DNA of 64,000 nt from Candidatus Binatia bacterium. Its GTDB lineage: Bacteria; Desulfobacterota; Binatia; Bin18. The stretch covers positions 32,001 through 96,000 of the forward strand of contig CAXXHG010000021.1 in assembly GCA_963666315.2 (NCBI GenBank). Reading direction: 5' to 3'. Made by a program: the position numbers and the translations under genes. Each line of letters opens with the position of its first letter. Within the stretch, counting starts at the first letter, position 1. The notes under the pieces were generated by a model, which saw only the letters and a program-made list of their open reading frames with translations, was not told the origin of the DNA and made no database searches. This document shows positions 20,343-30,621 of this stretch, piece by piece.

Positions 20343-21694
20343 GTGACCGTCTGAATCGCGTCGTGAGTCACATCGAGCAAATGAGTCAACTCGTCTTGGG
20401 TGATGCTGAGCGGCGGCATGAGAATGATAATACCGCCTAGTGGGCGAATCAGCACGCCGTGTTTGCGTGCTGCTTGGATGACCTGAATGCCGATTTTTTC
20501 CGTGGGATCATACGCAATTTTCTTGTCAGGATCGCGCATGAGTTCGATCCCCACCATCATGCCCCACTGTCGAACGTCGGCGACGTGGGGCAGGGCGGAA
20601 ATATCTGTCCGCAGTCGTTCCGTTAGCAGCGCGACCTTGGGTTGCAGATTGGCGATGACGTGTTCCGTCTCAAAAATCTCCAGACTGGCAAGGGCGGCAG
20701 CGCAGGCAACTGGATTGCCCGTATAGGTATGGCCGTGAAAAAAGGTCTTGAAATCCTCATACGGAGCCAGAAAAGCGGAGAAGATGTCTTCTGTTGCCAG
20801 TGTGGCCGCAAGCGGCAGATAGCCGCCAGTAATCCCCTTCGCCACACAGAACAAGTCCGGACTAATCTCGGCGTATTCACAGGCGAACATTTTGCCGGTT
20901 CGACCGAAGCCGGTGGCGACCTCGTCACAGATCAACAAAATATTGTATTGCTTCGTAAGCTGTCGCAGCGTCCGAACGTATTCAACCGGATGGTCCCACA
21001 TGCCGGCTGCGCCTTGCATGAGCGGTTCGATAATCACGGCAGCAAGCTCGGCATGATGCTGCGCGAGTTTCTGCTCGGCTTCTTCTTGAGCCGCGGACAA
21101 GGCCTGCTCCGCTGACAGTCCCTGCACGAACCGAAACACATGCGGTGGAGTGAGTCGGACGGTATCGGCCAAGAGCGGACGATAAAAATGATGAAACAGT
21201 TCCGAGTAGCCCACACTCACTGCTCCCAGCGTATCGCCATGATACGCTTCCACTAACGAAGCGAATTTTGTCCGTTGGGTTTCACCGCGGAGTTGGCAGT
21301 ACTGGAAGGCCAGCTTGAGAGCGATTTCTGTGGCGGTTGCACCCGCGTCGGAATAGAACACGCGGGTGAGCCCATGCGGAGCAAGCTCAACCAACTTTTT
21401 CGCCAATAGTATGGATGGAATATTCGCCAGCCCGAGCAGGGTGGAATGGGCGATATCGTTGACTTGGTCTGTAATGGCTTTATTGATTGCGGGATGGGTG
21501 TGGCCGTGGACATTACACCACAGCGAAGAGACGCCATCCAGATAGCGCTTGCCGTGCACGTCTATCAGGTAATTGCCTTCTCCCTTGGCAATGACGATCG
21601 GCTCTTCGCTCAGCCAGTCCTGCATCTGAGTAAACGGATGCCACACGTGCGCATGATCCCAGGTTGTCAGGTCAGCATACGACGGCGTACTCAT
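20324..21694 (-). CDS. bioA: Adenosylmethionine-8-amino-7-oxononanoate transaminase
   Basis: VWHPFTQM, SSLWCNVHGH, YHGDT, DEVATGFGRTG, AKGITGGYLP. Confidence 0.97.
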   Translation of the reverse strand: MSTPSYADLTTWDHAHVWHPFTQMQDWLSEEPIVIAKGEGNYLIDVHGKRYLDGVSSLWCNVHGHTHPAINKAITDQVNDIAHSTLLGLANIPSILLAKKLVELAPHGLTRVFYSDAGATATEIALKLAFQYCQLRGETQRTKFASLVEAYHGDTLGAVSVGYSELFHHFYRPLLADTVRLTPPHVFRFVQGLSAEQALSAAQEEAEQKLAQHHAELAAVIIEPLMQGAAGMWDHPVEYVRTLRQLTKQYNILLICDEVATGFGRTGKMFACEYAEISPDLFCVAKGITGGYLPLAATLATEDIFSAFLAPYEDFKTFFHGHTYTGNPVACAAALASLEIFETEHVIANLQPKVALLTERLRTDISALPHVADVRQWGMMVGIELMRDPDKKIAYDPTEKIGIQVIQAARKHGVLIRPLGGIIILMPPLSITQDELTHLLDVTHDAIQTVTCAASS

Positions 21695-22863
21695 CGAATT
21701 CCCACCTCCTTGCCAGCTGCGGCAAACGCATCCAGCGTGCGGGAGAGCTGGGCCTGAGTATGCGTGGCCATAGGCGTGGCTCGAATGCGCGATGTCCCTT
21801 CTGGAACTGTTGGCGGACGGATGCCGTGGGCAAAGACGCCGTGTTGCAGCATGGCCTGTGCCAACGCCATGGTCTGGCCTGCCTCGCCAATAATGACCGG
21901 CAGAATTTGCGAGCGTGTGTCTCCCAGCGTATAGCCCAGGGATAGCAATCCGTCAGATAAGAACTTTGTGTTATCCCACAATTGCTCTCTCCGCTCAGGT
22001 TCAGACTTGACAATGTCGAGGGCGGCAAGCGCCGAGGCCGCAACTGCAGGAGGAATACCCGTGGTATAAATAAAACTCCGGGCGCGATTAATTAGCCAAT
22101 CAATCAGCTCATGGCTACCGGCAATATACGCGCCAACGCAGCCTAACGCTTTGCCTAAGGTTCCCATCTGAATATCGATCTGTTGGGCGAGTCCGAGTTC
22201 TTCGACAATGCCAGCTCCGTGCGGACCAAACACGCCGGTCGCATGCGCTTCATCAACCATGACCCAGGCATCATACTGTTGAGCCAAGGCAACGATATCG
22301 GCCAAGGGTGCAATATCGCCGTCCATGCTGAACACGGTGTCTGTGACAATCAGACGTTGGCCCGACTGCGGGCAGGCTGTGAGGAGTTCCGCTAAGTGGG
22401 CAGTATCGCAATGATGGTAGACATTAGTGTTGGCACGGGACAGCCGACAGCCGTCAATAATGCTGGCATGGTTCAGTGCATCACTCAAGATGGTGTCCTC
22501 CGGACCCATCAACGCGGACAGCACGCCAATATTGGCATGATAGCCAGTCGGGAACACCAATGCGGCCTCTGTTTGTTTGAGGCTTGCAAGGCGTTGTTCG
22601 AGCCTATGGTGGACATCCATTGAACCGGAAATCAACCGAGATGCACCGCTCCCACAGCCGTAGCGTTCGATAGCCTCTTGGGCCGCTCGCTTGAGTGCCG
22701 GATGGTTGGCTAAACCCAGATAATTGTTAGAAGAAAAGAGGAGAACTTCTTGGCCATCGAGGACAACAGTCGTGTCTTGCGCACTTTCCACCGCACGCAA
22801 ACGGCGATAGAGACCGCTTTCTTTGACCTGGGCCAGACGTGCAGTAAGGATATTTTTCAGCAT
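21691..22863 (-). CDS. bioF: 8-amino-7-oxononanoate synthase
   Basis: SSNNYLGL, NHASIIDG, FSMDGD, DEAH, GTLGKA, IRPPTVP. Confidence 0.97.
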   Translation of the reverse strand: MLKNILTARLAQVKESGLYRRLRAVESAQDTTVVLDGQEVLLFSSNNYLGLANHPALKRAAQEAIERYGCGSGASRLISGSMDVHHRLEQRLASLKQTEAALVFPTGYHANIGVLSALMGPEDTILSDALNHASIIDGCRLSRANTNVYHHCDTAHLAELLTACPQSGQRLIVTDTVFSMDGDIAPLADIVALAQQYDAWVMVDEAHATGVFGPHGAGIVEELGLAQQIDIQMGTLGKALGCVGAYIAGSHELIDWLINRARSFIYTTGIPPAVAASALAALDIVKSEPERREQLWDNTKFLSDGLLSLGYTLGDTRSQILPVIIGEAGQTMALAQAMLQHGVFAHGIRPPTVPEGTSRIRATPMATHTQAQLSRTLDAFAAAGKEVGIR

Positions 22864-22955
22864 GCGACCGCTTTATTCAGGCTGCTCATACTGCCGGAAA
22901 TCGCTCAGGCCGGCTACCCTTTTGAGAATAGCGCTGAAAAATGGTACGAGGAGCT

Positions 22956-23387
22956 ATGCTTTCGCCTGTAGAAAAACTAAATGCGGCCTTACGCGAAAAT
23001 CGACCCGAAGAGTATGTGCGGGATGCCCACCGAGAGATTGGCCTCAAGCCGGTGCAGTTTGGTCCTGGGACATCTGAATGGGAATGGGATGCTACAAATG
23101 AGCGAGTATTAAATTCGTTTGGTTATGTGGCCGGAGGGTATCTGAGCGTCTTTGCCGATGAGCTGCTGAGCAGCGCGATTGGGTCGGTGATGGACGAAGG
23201 AGAGTTTGCCACCACGGCCGAACTCAAAATCAGCTTCCTCAAGCCGGTCAAAAAGGGTCGAGTGACAGGGCAGGCCAAAGTCCTGCGCAAAGGCCAACGG
23301 GTCGCATTCGTAGAAGCCACGATAAAAAATGAGAAAGACGCAGTGGTGGCAACGGTTAGCAGTACGTGGACGGTAGTTGGAACATAA
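22956..23387 (+). CDS. PaaI family thioesterase (hotdog fold)
   Basis: N..G.VAGG......D, TAELKISFLKP, G.RVAFVEA. Confidence 0.85.
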   Translation: MLSPVEKLNAALRENRPEEYVRDAHREIGLKPVQFGPGTSEWEWDATNERVLNSFGYVAGGYLSVFADELLSSAIGSVMDEGEFATTAELKISFLKPVKKGRVTGQAKVLRKGQRVAFVEATIKNEKDAVVATVSSTWTVVGT

Positions 23388-23414
23388 AGTCTTTAAGCAA
23401 CAGGAGGAAGAACT

Positions 23415-23858
23415 ATGGGTATCGTCGAACGATTTGGAGCCTATGCTGAAGCTTTTGAGCAAGCCTATGCCAGCGATGACTGGTCCGTGCTTGAGCAATA
23501 TTTTACCGAGGATGCGGTGTATAACTTTATTGCTGCACCGCCGCTTGGCGGACGTCACGAAGGGCGGGCTACGATCTTACGTGACTTTCGGAGTGCGGTG
23601 AATGGCTTTGACCGTCGCTTTGCCTCGCGCCGCATCGAGCTGATCGAAGGGCCACTGGAAAAAGATGGCGACGTGTGGATGAAATGGGCTGCGATCTACA
23701 CGCTGGACGGCGCGCCTGAATGTCGAATGGAGGGAGAGGAGCGGGCGGTCTTTGAAGGCGACCGGATCAGTCTGTTGGAAGACAGCGTCACGGACGCCGA
23801 AGGCCAACGTCTCGGCGCGTACATGGAAGCGCACGGAGACAAGCTGAAACCGGTATAA
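23415..23858 (+). CDS. SnoaL-like / NTF2 family protein
   Basis: RBS aggagg; DW......FTEDAVY...GRA.I; I..LED. Confidence 0.8.
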   Translation: MGIVERFGAYAEAFEQAYASDDWSVLEQYFTEDAVYNFIAAPPLGGRHEGRATILRDFRSAVNGFDRRFASRRIELIEGPLEKDGDVWMKWAAIYTLDGAPECRMEGEERAVFEGDRISLLEDSVTDAEGQRLGAYMEAHGDKLKPV

Positions 23859-23948
23859 GACTGAATTCATGCCCACGGTATTAAGACGCGCGGCGAACTG
23901 GAGCAACTCGCCAACAACTATGCCGACATCATACTGCATGGACTGCTC

Positions 23949-23975
23949 CAAGATATCCAGAATATCCAGGACACG
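23949..23975. repeat. Degenerate 9-bp-period repeat directly before an RBS
   Basis: caagatatc-cagaatatc-caggacacg then ggagg. Confidence 0.4.
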
Positions 23976-23986
23976 GAGGCTACGCC

Positions 23987-25585
23987 ATGAGCCGCATTGA
24001 GAGCCGGATGGACACGCACTCGGAATCTTTTGCTGCGAATCGCGAGCACTACGATGGATTGCTGAAAACGCTGCGCGAACGCATTGGCCATTCCATCTTG
24101 GGCGGACACGAAAGACTACGGACTCGCCATCATCAACGCGGAAAGATCCTGGTACGCGACAGGGTGGATCTTCTGGTCGACCCGGGCACCCCCTTTCTTG
24201 AATTGTCCCCGCTGGCAGCATGGAGCCAATATGGCAACGAGGTTCCCGGTGCGGGCATCGTGACCGGGATCGGCATCGTCTCAGGTACGCCCTGTGTCGT
24301 TATCGCCAATGATGCCACGGTGAAGGGCGGCTCTTTCTTTCACGAAACGGTGAAGAAACATATACGGGCACAGGAGATCGCCGAACAGAATCGCCTGGCC
24401 TGCATTTACCTTGTTGACTGTGGCGGGGCCTATCTGCCTGAACAGGACCGTGTCTTTCCCGATCGTGATCACTTTGGCAACACCTTCTACCGGCAGTGCA
24501 ATATGTCGGCGGCGGGGATACCCCAGATATCAGCCGTTTTCGGTGGCTGCACTGCGGGAGGCGCGTACATCCCAGCATTGTCGGATCAGGTTGTGATGGT
24601 CGACGGGAACGCGCGCATTCATCTCGGTGGCCCGTCCATAGTCAAAATCGCCATCAATGAGGACGCTGATGCGGAAACGCTCGGCGGCGCGAAGATGCAC
24701 ACGCGTGTTTCGGGGGTGTCGGATCATCTGGCACGTGACGAACCGCATGCCATTGCGCTGGTGCGTGACATTGTCGCCGAGCTGAATATGGGCAGGCGCT
24801 TGCAATGCGAAGCGTCTCCGTTGCCGCCCGCTTACAATGCGGAAGAGATTAGTGGCATCGTCAGCCACGATCGAAAAATATCCTACGATGTGCGCGAGAT
24901 CATTGCGCGCATCGTTGACGGGAGCGCTTTCCAGGAATTTAAACCCGAATGGGGTGAGACGCTGGTGTGCGGAACGGCGCAGATACACGGCCACCCGGTC
25001 GGCGTGCTTGGCAACAATGGTGCGCTGTTCTCGGAGTCGGCCTTGAAGGGCGCGCATTTCATAACCCTGTGTGATCAACGCACCATTCCGCTGCTGTTCT
25101 TGCACAATATCACCGGCTTCATGGTCGGGACGGAGGCCGAGCGACGCGGTATCGCCAAGGACAGTGCAAAAATGGTCTATGCGATGTCCATCGCTCGCGT
25201 GCCGAAGTTGTCCTTGATTGTTGGTGGTTCGTATGGTGCTGGTAACTATGGCATGTGCGGACGCGGTTTTCGGCCGCATTTTCTCTTCACCTGGCCGAGT
25301 GCGCAAATCGCCACTATGTCGGCTGACATCGCGTCCAACGTGATGCTCGAATTGAGACGTAGCAACCTCAAGGCCCCAGCGCCCGAGCCCGAAGAGTTGC
25401 GGGCAATCGAGCAGCAGGTGCGCGATCAATACGGCGAACAGAGCGATCCGTACTACGCAACCTCACGGCTCTGGGACGACGGCATCATAGAACCCGCCCA
25501 AACCCGCGACGTGCTCGGACTGTGCCTGGCGATTATTGCGTCGGTCCCAGATCGGGGGCCGTGGACGCCGGTCTATCGTATGTAG
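23987..25585 (+). CDS. Acyl-CoA carboxylase carboxyltransferase subunit (MccB/LiuB/AtuC-like)
   Basis: ANDATVKGG, GCTAGGAYIPA, NITGFMVG, SYGAGNYGMCGR. Confidence 0.93.
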   Translation: MSRIESRMDTHSESFAANREHYDGLLKTLRERIGHSILGGHERLRTRHHQRGKILVRDRVDLLVDPGTPFLELSPLAAWSQYGNEVPGAGIVTGIGIVSGTPCVVIANDATVKGGSFFHETVKKHIRAQEIAEQNRLACIYLVDCGGAYLPEQDRVFPDRDHFGNTFYRQCNMSAAGIPQISAVFGGCTAGGAYIPALSDQVVMVDGNARIHLGGPSIVKIAINEDADAETLGGAKMHTRVSGVSDHLARDEPHAIALVRDIVAELNMGRRLQCEASPLPPAYNAEEISGIVSHDRKISYDVREIIARIVDGSAFQEFKPEWGETLVCGTAQIHGHPVGVLGNNGALFSESALKGAHFITLCDQRTIPLLFLHNITGFMVGTEAERRGIAKDSAKMVYAMSIARVPKLSLIVGGSYGAGNYGMCGRGFRPHFLFTWPSAQIATMSADIASNVMLELRRSNLKAPAPEPEELRAIEQQVRDQYGEQSDPYYATSRLWDDGIIEPAQTRDVLGLCLAIIASVPDRGPWTPVYRM

Positions 25586-25607
25586 TTCTCACGCGTATGT
25601 AGTTCTT

Positions 25608-27629
25608 ATGTTTGAACGAATTCTGATTGCCAACCGGGGTGAAATTGCCGTGCGTATCGTGCGTGCCTGTCGGCGCCTGGGTTTGCACTCCATTGCTGTC
25701 TTTTCGGATGCGGACCGCAGCGCGCCGCATGTGGCATGCGCCGACGAAGCCATCAACATCGGCAGCCCGGAGGCCAGCGCAAGCTATCTCAACGCGTCGA
25801 AGCTTATCGCGGTAGCACAAGAAACCGGGGCTGAGGCGGTACACCCTGGGTATGGGTTCCTGGCGGAAAACGCAGATTTCGCGCGGCTGTGCGGGGATGC
25901 CGGGCTCGTATTCGTGGGACCGTCTGCCACCAATATTGCGCGTATGGGATCTAAGATTGAAGCCAAACGTCTTGCGGCAGCGTCGGGGCTTGCGTGCGTA
26001 CCGGGCTATCACGGTGACGATCAGAGCGACAAGCGGCTCATGCACGAGGCGGAACGCATTGGCGCGCCACTGCTCATCAAGGCCAGCGCGGGTGGCGGCG
26101 GCCGCGGCATGCGCCGTGTCGATGACCTCGCAGGCCTGTACGACGCCTTGAAACTGGCGCGACTGGAAGCGGCCTCAGCGTTCGGCGATCCAACCGTTCT
26201 GCTGGAGAAATTCATTCCCGCGTCCCGGCACGTGGAAGTGCAGATCTTGGCCGACAAGCACGGTAAGGTGGTACACCTCTTCGAGCGGGACTGCTCGATT
26301 CAGCGCAACTACCAGAAGCTCATTGAGGAGGCTCCGGCCTCGAACCTGAGCGCCGCGGTCCGTGAGCGCTTGCTGAATGGCGCGGTGAAGCTTGCCGAGG
26401 CGATTGCATACGACAATGTGGGCACGGTGGAGTTCATGGTTGATGCCGCAACCGAGGAACCCTTTTTCCTCGAGATGAACACTCGGCTTCAGGTCGAACA
26501 TCCCGTTACCGAGATGGTCACGGGGATCGATCTGGTTGAGTGGCAACTCCGCGTAGCCGCGGGCGAACGTCTGCCTTTTGCCCAGGAAGATATTCGGTGT
26601 AAGGGCTACGCCATCGAGGCGCGGGTCGTGGCCGAAGATCCTGCTCAAGACTATCGCCCGCAAACCGGCCGGATCTCCCATTACGCGGAACCGCGTACGT
26701 CCGGTCTGCGCATCGACAGCGGCATCGGGCCGGGCAGCGAAGTCAGCCATTATTACGATTCGATGTTGGCCAAAGTCATTGCGCTAGGACCGGAACGAGA
26801 GAGCGCGATTCGCAACCTCAAGCGCGGCCTGGCTGATTTTCAGATCGGCGGCGTCGGCGTTAACACGACATTCCTGTGCGACGTTCTGGAGACCGAACAA
26901 TTCCAATCAGCCACCCATCAGACGAACACCCTGGACGTCCTTTTCCCGGACGGATGGAGGCCGCCCGAGATAACGTCTATGCAGATTGCACAGGCGGCGC
27001 TTGCGAAACACCTATACGGAGAACGGAGTACACGGATCGCGGCGAAAAGCCCCTGGTACGGTTTGGGCGCGTGGCGCATTTCAGAGCCTGCGGGCCGTTA
27101 CGGGTCTGCATCGTACTACCTCCGGCATAGCGGTGAAGAGATAGGCGTTGTGCGTGTATACGGGCGAACGGGGCGTTACCGTGTAGAATACGGCAAGGAA
27201 TCGATACTCTCAGTCGAACACGCGTACCTGGGTGATGGGGAGATGGTGTATGAGCAGGAGGGGCGCCGTCGTCGTACTGGCGTTTTCTTCCCTGGCCTCC
27301 AGGTCGTACTTCGGGCCGGGAGTGGCCTCACGACGGTAGACGTACTGACGGCGGAAGAAGTGCTGCTGGGCGAAAGCTGCGATGATGCGCAAAGGGGCAA
27401 CCTCGTCTGTTCCCCGATGCCGGGACTCATCACGGAAGTGCTGGTCACAATCGGGCAGGCGGTGTCGGTGGGTGATCCGGTCGTGACCATGGAAGCGATG
27501 AAACTGATGCACCAACTGTCTGCGCCCATGGCGGGAACGGTGCAGGCCATACACTACCAAGCGGGCGATACCGTAGGTGGTGCAGTGTGCATCGTTACGA
27601 TCGAACCACCCGAGGAACGGAATACGTAA
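25608..27629 (+). CDS. Biotin carboxylase plus biotin carrier subunit (MccA/LiuD/AtuF-like)
   Basis: ILIANRGEIA, GGGGRGMR, FLEMNTRLQVEHPVTE, EAMKL biotinylation site. Confidence 0.95.
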   Translation: MFERILIANRGEIAVRIVRACRRLGLHSIAVFSDADRSAPHVACADEAINIGSPEASASYLNASKLIAVAQETGAEAVHPGYGFLAENADFARLCGDAGLVFVGPSATNIARMGSKIEAKRLAAASGLACVPGYHGDDQSDKRLMHEAERIGAPLLIKASAGGGGRGMRRVDDLAGLYDALKLARLEAASAFGDPTVLLEKFIPASRHVEVQILADKHGKVVHLFERDCSIQRNYQKLIEEAPASNLSAAVRERLLNGAVKLAEAIAYDNVGTVEFMVDAATEEPFFLEMNTRLQVEHPVTEMVTGIDLVEWQLRVAAGERLPFAQEDIRCKGYAIEARVVAEDPAQDYRPQTGRISHYAEPRTSGLRIDSGIGPGSEVSHYYDSMLAKVIALGPERESAIRNLKRGLADFQIGGVGVNTTFLCDVLETEQFQSATHQTNTLDVLFPDGWRPPEITSMQIAQAALAKHLYGERSTRIAAKSPWYGLGAWRISEPAGRYGSASYYLRHSGEEIGVVRVYGRTGRYRVEYGKESILSVEHAYLGDGEMVYEQEGRRRRTGVFFPGLQVVLRAGSGLTTVDVLTAEEVLLGESCDDAQRGNLVCSPMPGLITEVLVTIGQAVSVGDPVVTMEAMKLMHQLSAPMAGTVQAIHYQAGDTVGGAVCIVTIEPPEERNT

Positions 27630-27639
27630 GAGGTACGAA

Positions 27640-28788
27640 ATGAGCGACAGATCCATCTATTTCACCGAAGAGCACGAGTTGCTGCGTCTACAGATCCGCC
27701 GATTTATCGCCAACGAGGTGGCGCCCAATGGCGTGGGCTGGGAGCAGGAGGGCATGGTCCCTCGAAGTGTCCTGCGGCAGATGGGTGATTTGGGCCTGCT
27801 GGGAATTCGCTATCCGCAGAAATACGGCGGCTCTGAGCTAGACACCCTGGCAACGATCGTGCTGGCAGAGGAACTCGGGCGTTCCACATTCGGCGGTTTC
27901 GCAATCACCGTCCTGGTGCATACCGATATGGCGTCGCCCCATCTCGCTCATGCCGGGAACGAAGAGCAGATGCAAAGATATATGCCGAAAATCGTATCAG
28001 GCGACCTGATTACTGCGGTCGCCGTGACTGAAGCCGATGCGGGCTCGGATGTGGCGGGTATAAAAACCCACGCCAAGCGGGATGGCGATTTCTGGGTGCT
28101 CAATGGAACGAAAATGTATATCACCAATGGCGTCCATGCTGATCTCTATTTCGTCGCGGCCAAGACCGATCAGGAAGCGGTCGGTTCGCGCGAGATGACC
28201 ATTTTCGCTGTTGAATCAGAGGCAATGGGTTTCAGTATCGGGCGTACGCTCGACAAGATGGGATGGAGAAGCTCTGACACGGCTGAACTCATATTTGAAG
28301 ATTGCCGCGTCCCTGTCGGGAACGTCATCGGCGAGGTCAACAAGGGCTTCTACGCCCTTATGAAGAATTTTCAGAACGAGCGGCTGGTGCTCGGCGCACA
28401 GGCTATGGGGGAAGCGCAGAAAGCACTCGACCTCACGCTCGACTACGTGCGCGAGCGCAAGGCCTTCGGTGCGCCTCTGTGGGAGAAACAGACCATTCGA
28501 CAACGCCTTGCGCAACGGCAGGCCGAGGTTGCTGCGGCGCGGCAACTGCTCTACCACGCGGCTTGGCTCGACACGCAAGGAGTTGAGTGCGTGAAGGAGG
28601 TGTCGATGGTCAAAGCCCACTGCGGTGAGCTGGTCAACCGGGTGCTATACGACTGCCAGCAGTTTCACGGCGGTTTCGGCTATATGCGCGAAAGCGCGAT
28701 CGAACGCATGGCGCGCGACGCCCGCGTTCAGTCGATCGGCGGCGGCGCGACGGAAGTCATGCTTGAAGAAGTGGCCAAGCGTCTTTAG
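27640..28788 (+). CDS. Acyl-CoA dehydrogenase (AtuD/LCAD-like)
   Basis: AVTE..AGSD, NGTK.YITNG, K.G...SDTAEL.F, NFQNERL, R.AFG, IGGGATEVM. Confidence 0.93.
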   Translation: MSDRSIYFTEEHELLRLQIRRFIANEVAPNGVGWEQEGMVPRSVLRQMGDLGLLGIRYPQKYGGSELDTLATIVLAEELGRSTFGGFAITVLVHTDMASPHLAHAGNEEQMQRYMPKIVSGDLITAVAVTEADAGSDVAGIKTHAKRDGDFWVLNGTKMYITNGVHADLYFVAAKTDQEAVGSREMTIFAVESEAMGFSIGRTLDKMGWRSSDTAELIFEDCRVPVGNVIGEVNKGFYALMKNFQNERLVLGAQAMGEAQKALDLTLDYVRERKAFGAPLWEKQTIRQRLAQRQAEVAAARQLLYHAAWLDTQGVECVKEVSMVKAHCGELVNRVLYDCQQFHGGFGYMRESAIERMARDARVQSIGGGATEVMLEEVAKRL

Positions 28789-28960
28789 ACATCCCTTATT
28801 GAATGATCAGAACTAGTCGTGTTTTCCCTGGCTCATTACCGCGCTGCGGATGTAAGTTCGCGAGCCGAATTTTCCTTCGCTTAGGCATCTGGATCGTGTT
28901 CAATAGCTTCGAACTCTACGTTCACACGTATACTCTCTTGGCGAACCTTCTTGGAGGCAT

Positions 28961-29210
28961 GAGGTAATACCAAACGGTGTAGAAATAGCACCCGGTGGCA
29001 TATTCTTGTGGGGTGAAGAATCAGTGTCCCTGGAGTGAAGGAGGAGCTGCCATAACACGGCCACTCACATCGTTACAGTCACCGTGCCGACCATCCTGGG
29101 ACCACCTGGAAGAGTATGTCCGTGAGCATATTCAGCAGTTCATCCAAACTCTACTGGAAGAAGAAGTGACGGAGCTATTGGGGCGGCCCAAGTCGGCCCG
29201 GCGGAAGCAT
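28961..29210 (+). mobile_element. IS256-family transposase N-terminal remnant
   Basis: WDHLEEYVREHIQQFIQTLLEEEVTELLGR.KS.RR. Confidence 0.6.
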
Positions 29211-29771
29211 ACCCCGGCGTCCGCCGCCGGCGCGCTGCCATCTCGAGCGCGGGTCCCCCAAGATATTGAGGAGCCGATGATTCCACCACCGACCGCCAGG
29301 TCCCCGGCCACTGGGAAGCCGCTCTGATGGTATTCGCCCACTACGGACCGGCCATCCTGACCATGCATGAACGCCACTCCCCGGTCCTCCTCGCGGCCCG
29401 ACCGCCCAGCAAGGCGGCTCAGCCCATGGCCCGGCTGATGGTCCAGCTCCTCAAACCCTTGCCCCAAGCTTGCGCCAAACCCTGACCTTCGATAATGGCA
29501 CCGAGTTCGTCCAGCACTACCAATTGCATCCCCTGGCCATTCAGACCTTCTTTTGCGACCCCCATAAGCCGTGGCAGAAGGGCGGCATTGAAAATGCCCT
29601 CGGTCGCATGCGGCGAACCATCCCGCGCAACACCGCCCTCGCCAGCCTGCGCACAAACCGCTTTAATGCCCTCATCCGTGCCTACAACAACACACCCCGA
29701 AAATGTCTTGCCTACCACACTCCTGCAGAGGTTCTTTTACAGCAACTGTTGCACTTCAAATGTGAATCCAC
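29210..29771 (+). mobile_element. IS30-family transposase pseudogene with right end
   Basis: GHWEAA(D)L..ER.SR, TLTFDNGTEF, FCDPHKPWQKGGIEN, NNTPRKCL...TPAE; end gttgcacttcaaatgtgaatcca. Confidence 0.88.
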
Positions 29772-29773
29772 GG

Positions 29774-29833
29774 TCCCGTTTCCACGGGCATGACAGTCTT
29801 TCTTGTGTCATACCTGCGCAAGCAGGCATCCAG
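29774..29833. repeat. GTCAT-type REP doublet (second copy)
   Basis: tcccgtttccacgggcatgac...gtcatacctgcgcaagcaggcatcca. Confidence 0.8.
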
Positions 29834-29961
29834 GCATATGGGACAAGACGGAGTTTTGTGAGTGGCTTTAAGCAGGCGGAGCGGGTGCCCTAGCAGCGGC
29901 GTCGTCGTCCCTCGGCTGCAAAGGTGGTAGGCTGCGAGCATGCGAAGGGAGAGCTGAGTTT

Positions 29962-30588
29962 ATGGACCCTGAACAGATTCTCCAATTCTGGTTTGCCGCC
30001 TCGGCCGCTGATGCGGCCCAGGCGAAGAAGCGCTACGCGTTCTGGTTTAAAGCTACGCCTGAGATCGATGCCGCCATCCGTACGCGATTTGTGGATCTCG
30101 TTGCCCAAGCACAGGCTGGTGGACTGGAGTCCTGGGAGACGGCACCGCGCTCATGGCTGGCGCTGATCATTCTGCTCGATCAGTTTCCACGTAATCTCTA
30201 TCGCGGAACAGCGGCAGCCTTTGCCGGCGACCCGTTGGCGCAACACGTTGCCCAGCGGGGATTCGGCCAGTACTTGCCATCAACCTGCCCATCAAATCTG
30301 AGTGTGATTGAGCAGGCGTTCTGCCTTATGCCCCTGCAACACGCGGAACAGCTCTCCTTGCAAGAGGAGGCGCTGCGTCGGGGCGAGGAACTGCTTGCCC
30401 TGGCGGCAACCGAGTGGCAAGAGCAGTTGGAGGAATTTCAAGGCTCCGCCCGGAAACATTTTGCTCTCATCCAACGCTTCGGCCGGTTCCCGCATCGGAA
30501 TGTGATTCTCGGACGAGAGTCCACACTAGAGGAGCAAGAGTTTCTGGATTCTGGGAGTGGGTCGTTCGGGCAGGCACTAAAAAAATGA
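29962..30588 (+). CDS. DUF924 family protein
   Basis: ILQFWF, LALIILLDQFPRN.YRG...AFA.D, PLQHAE, RFGRFPHRN.ILGREST. Confidence 0.93.
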   Translation: MDPEQILQFWFAASAADAAQAKKRYAFWFKATPEIDAAIRTRFVDLVAQAQAGGLESWETAPRSWLALIILLDQFPRNLYRGTAAAFAGDPLAQHVAQRGFGQYLPSTCPSNLSVIEQAFCLMPLQHAEQLSLQEEALRRGEELLALAATEWQEQLEEFQGSARKHFALIQRFGRFPHRNVILGRESTLEEQEFLDSGSGSFGQALKK

Positions 30589-30621
30589 GGCAGCCCTTTT
30601 GACCTGACAACCTGTCTCTTT

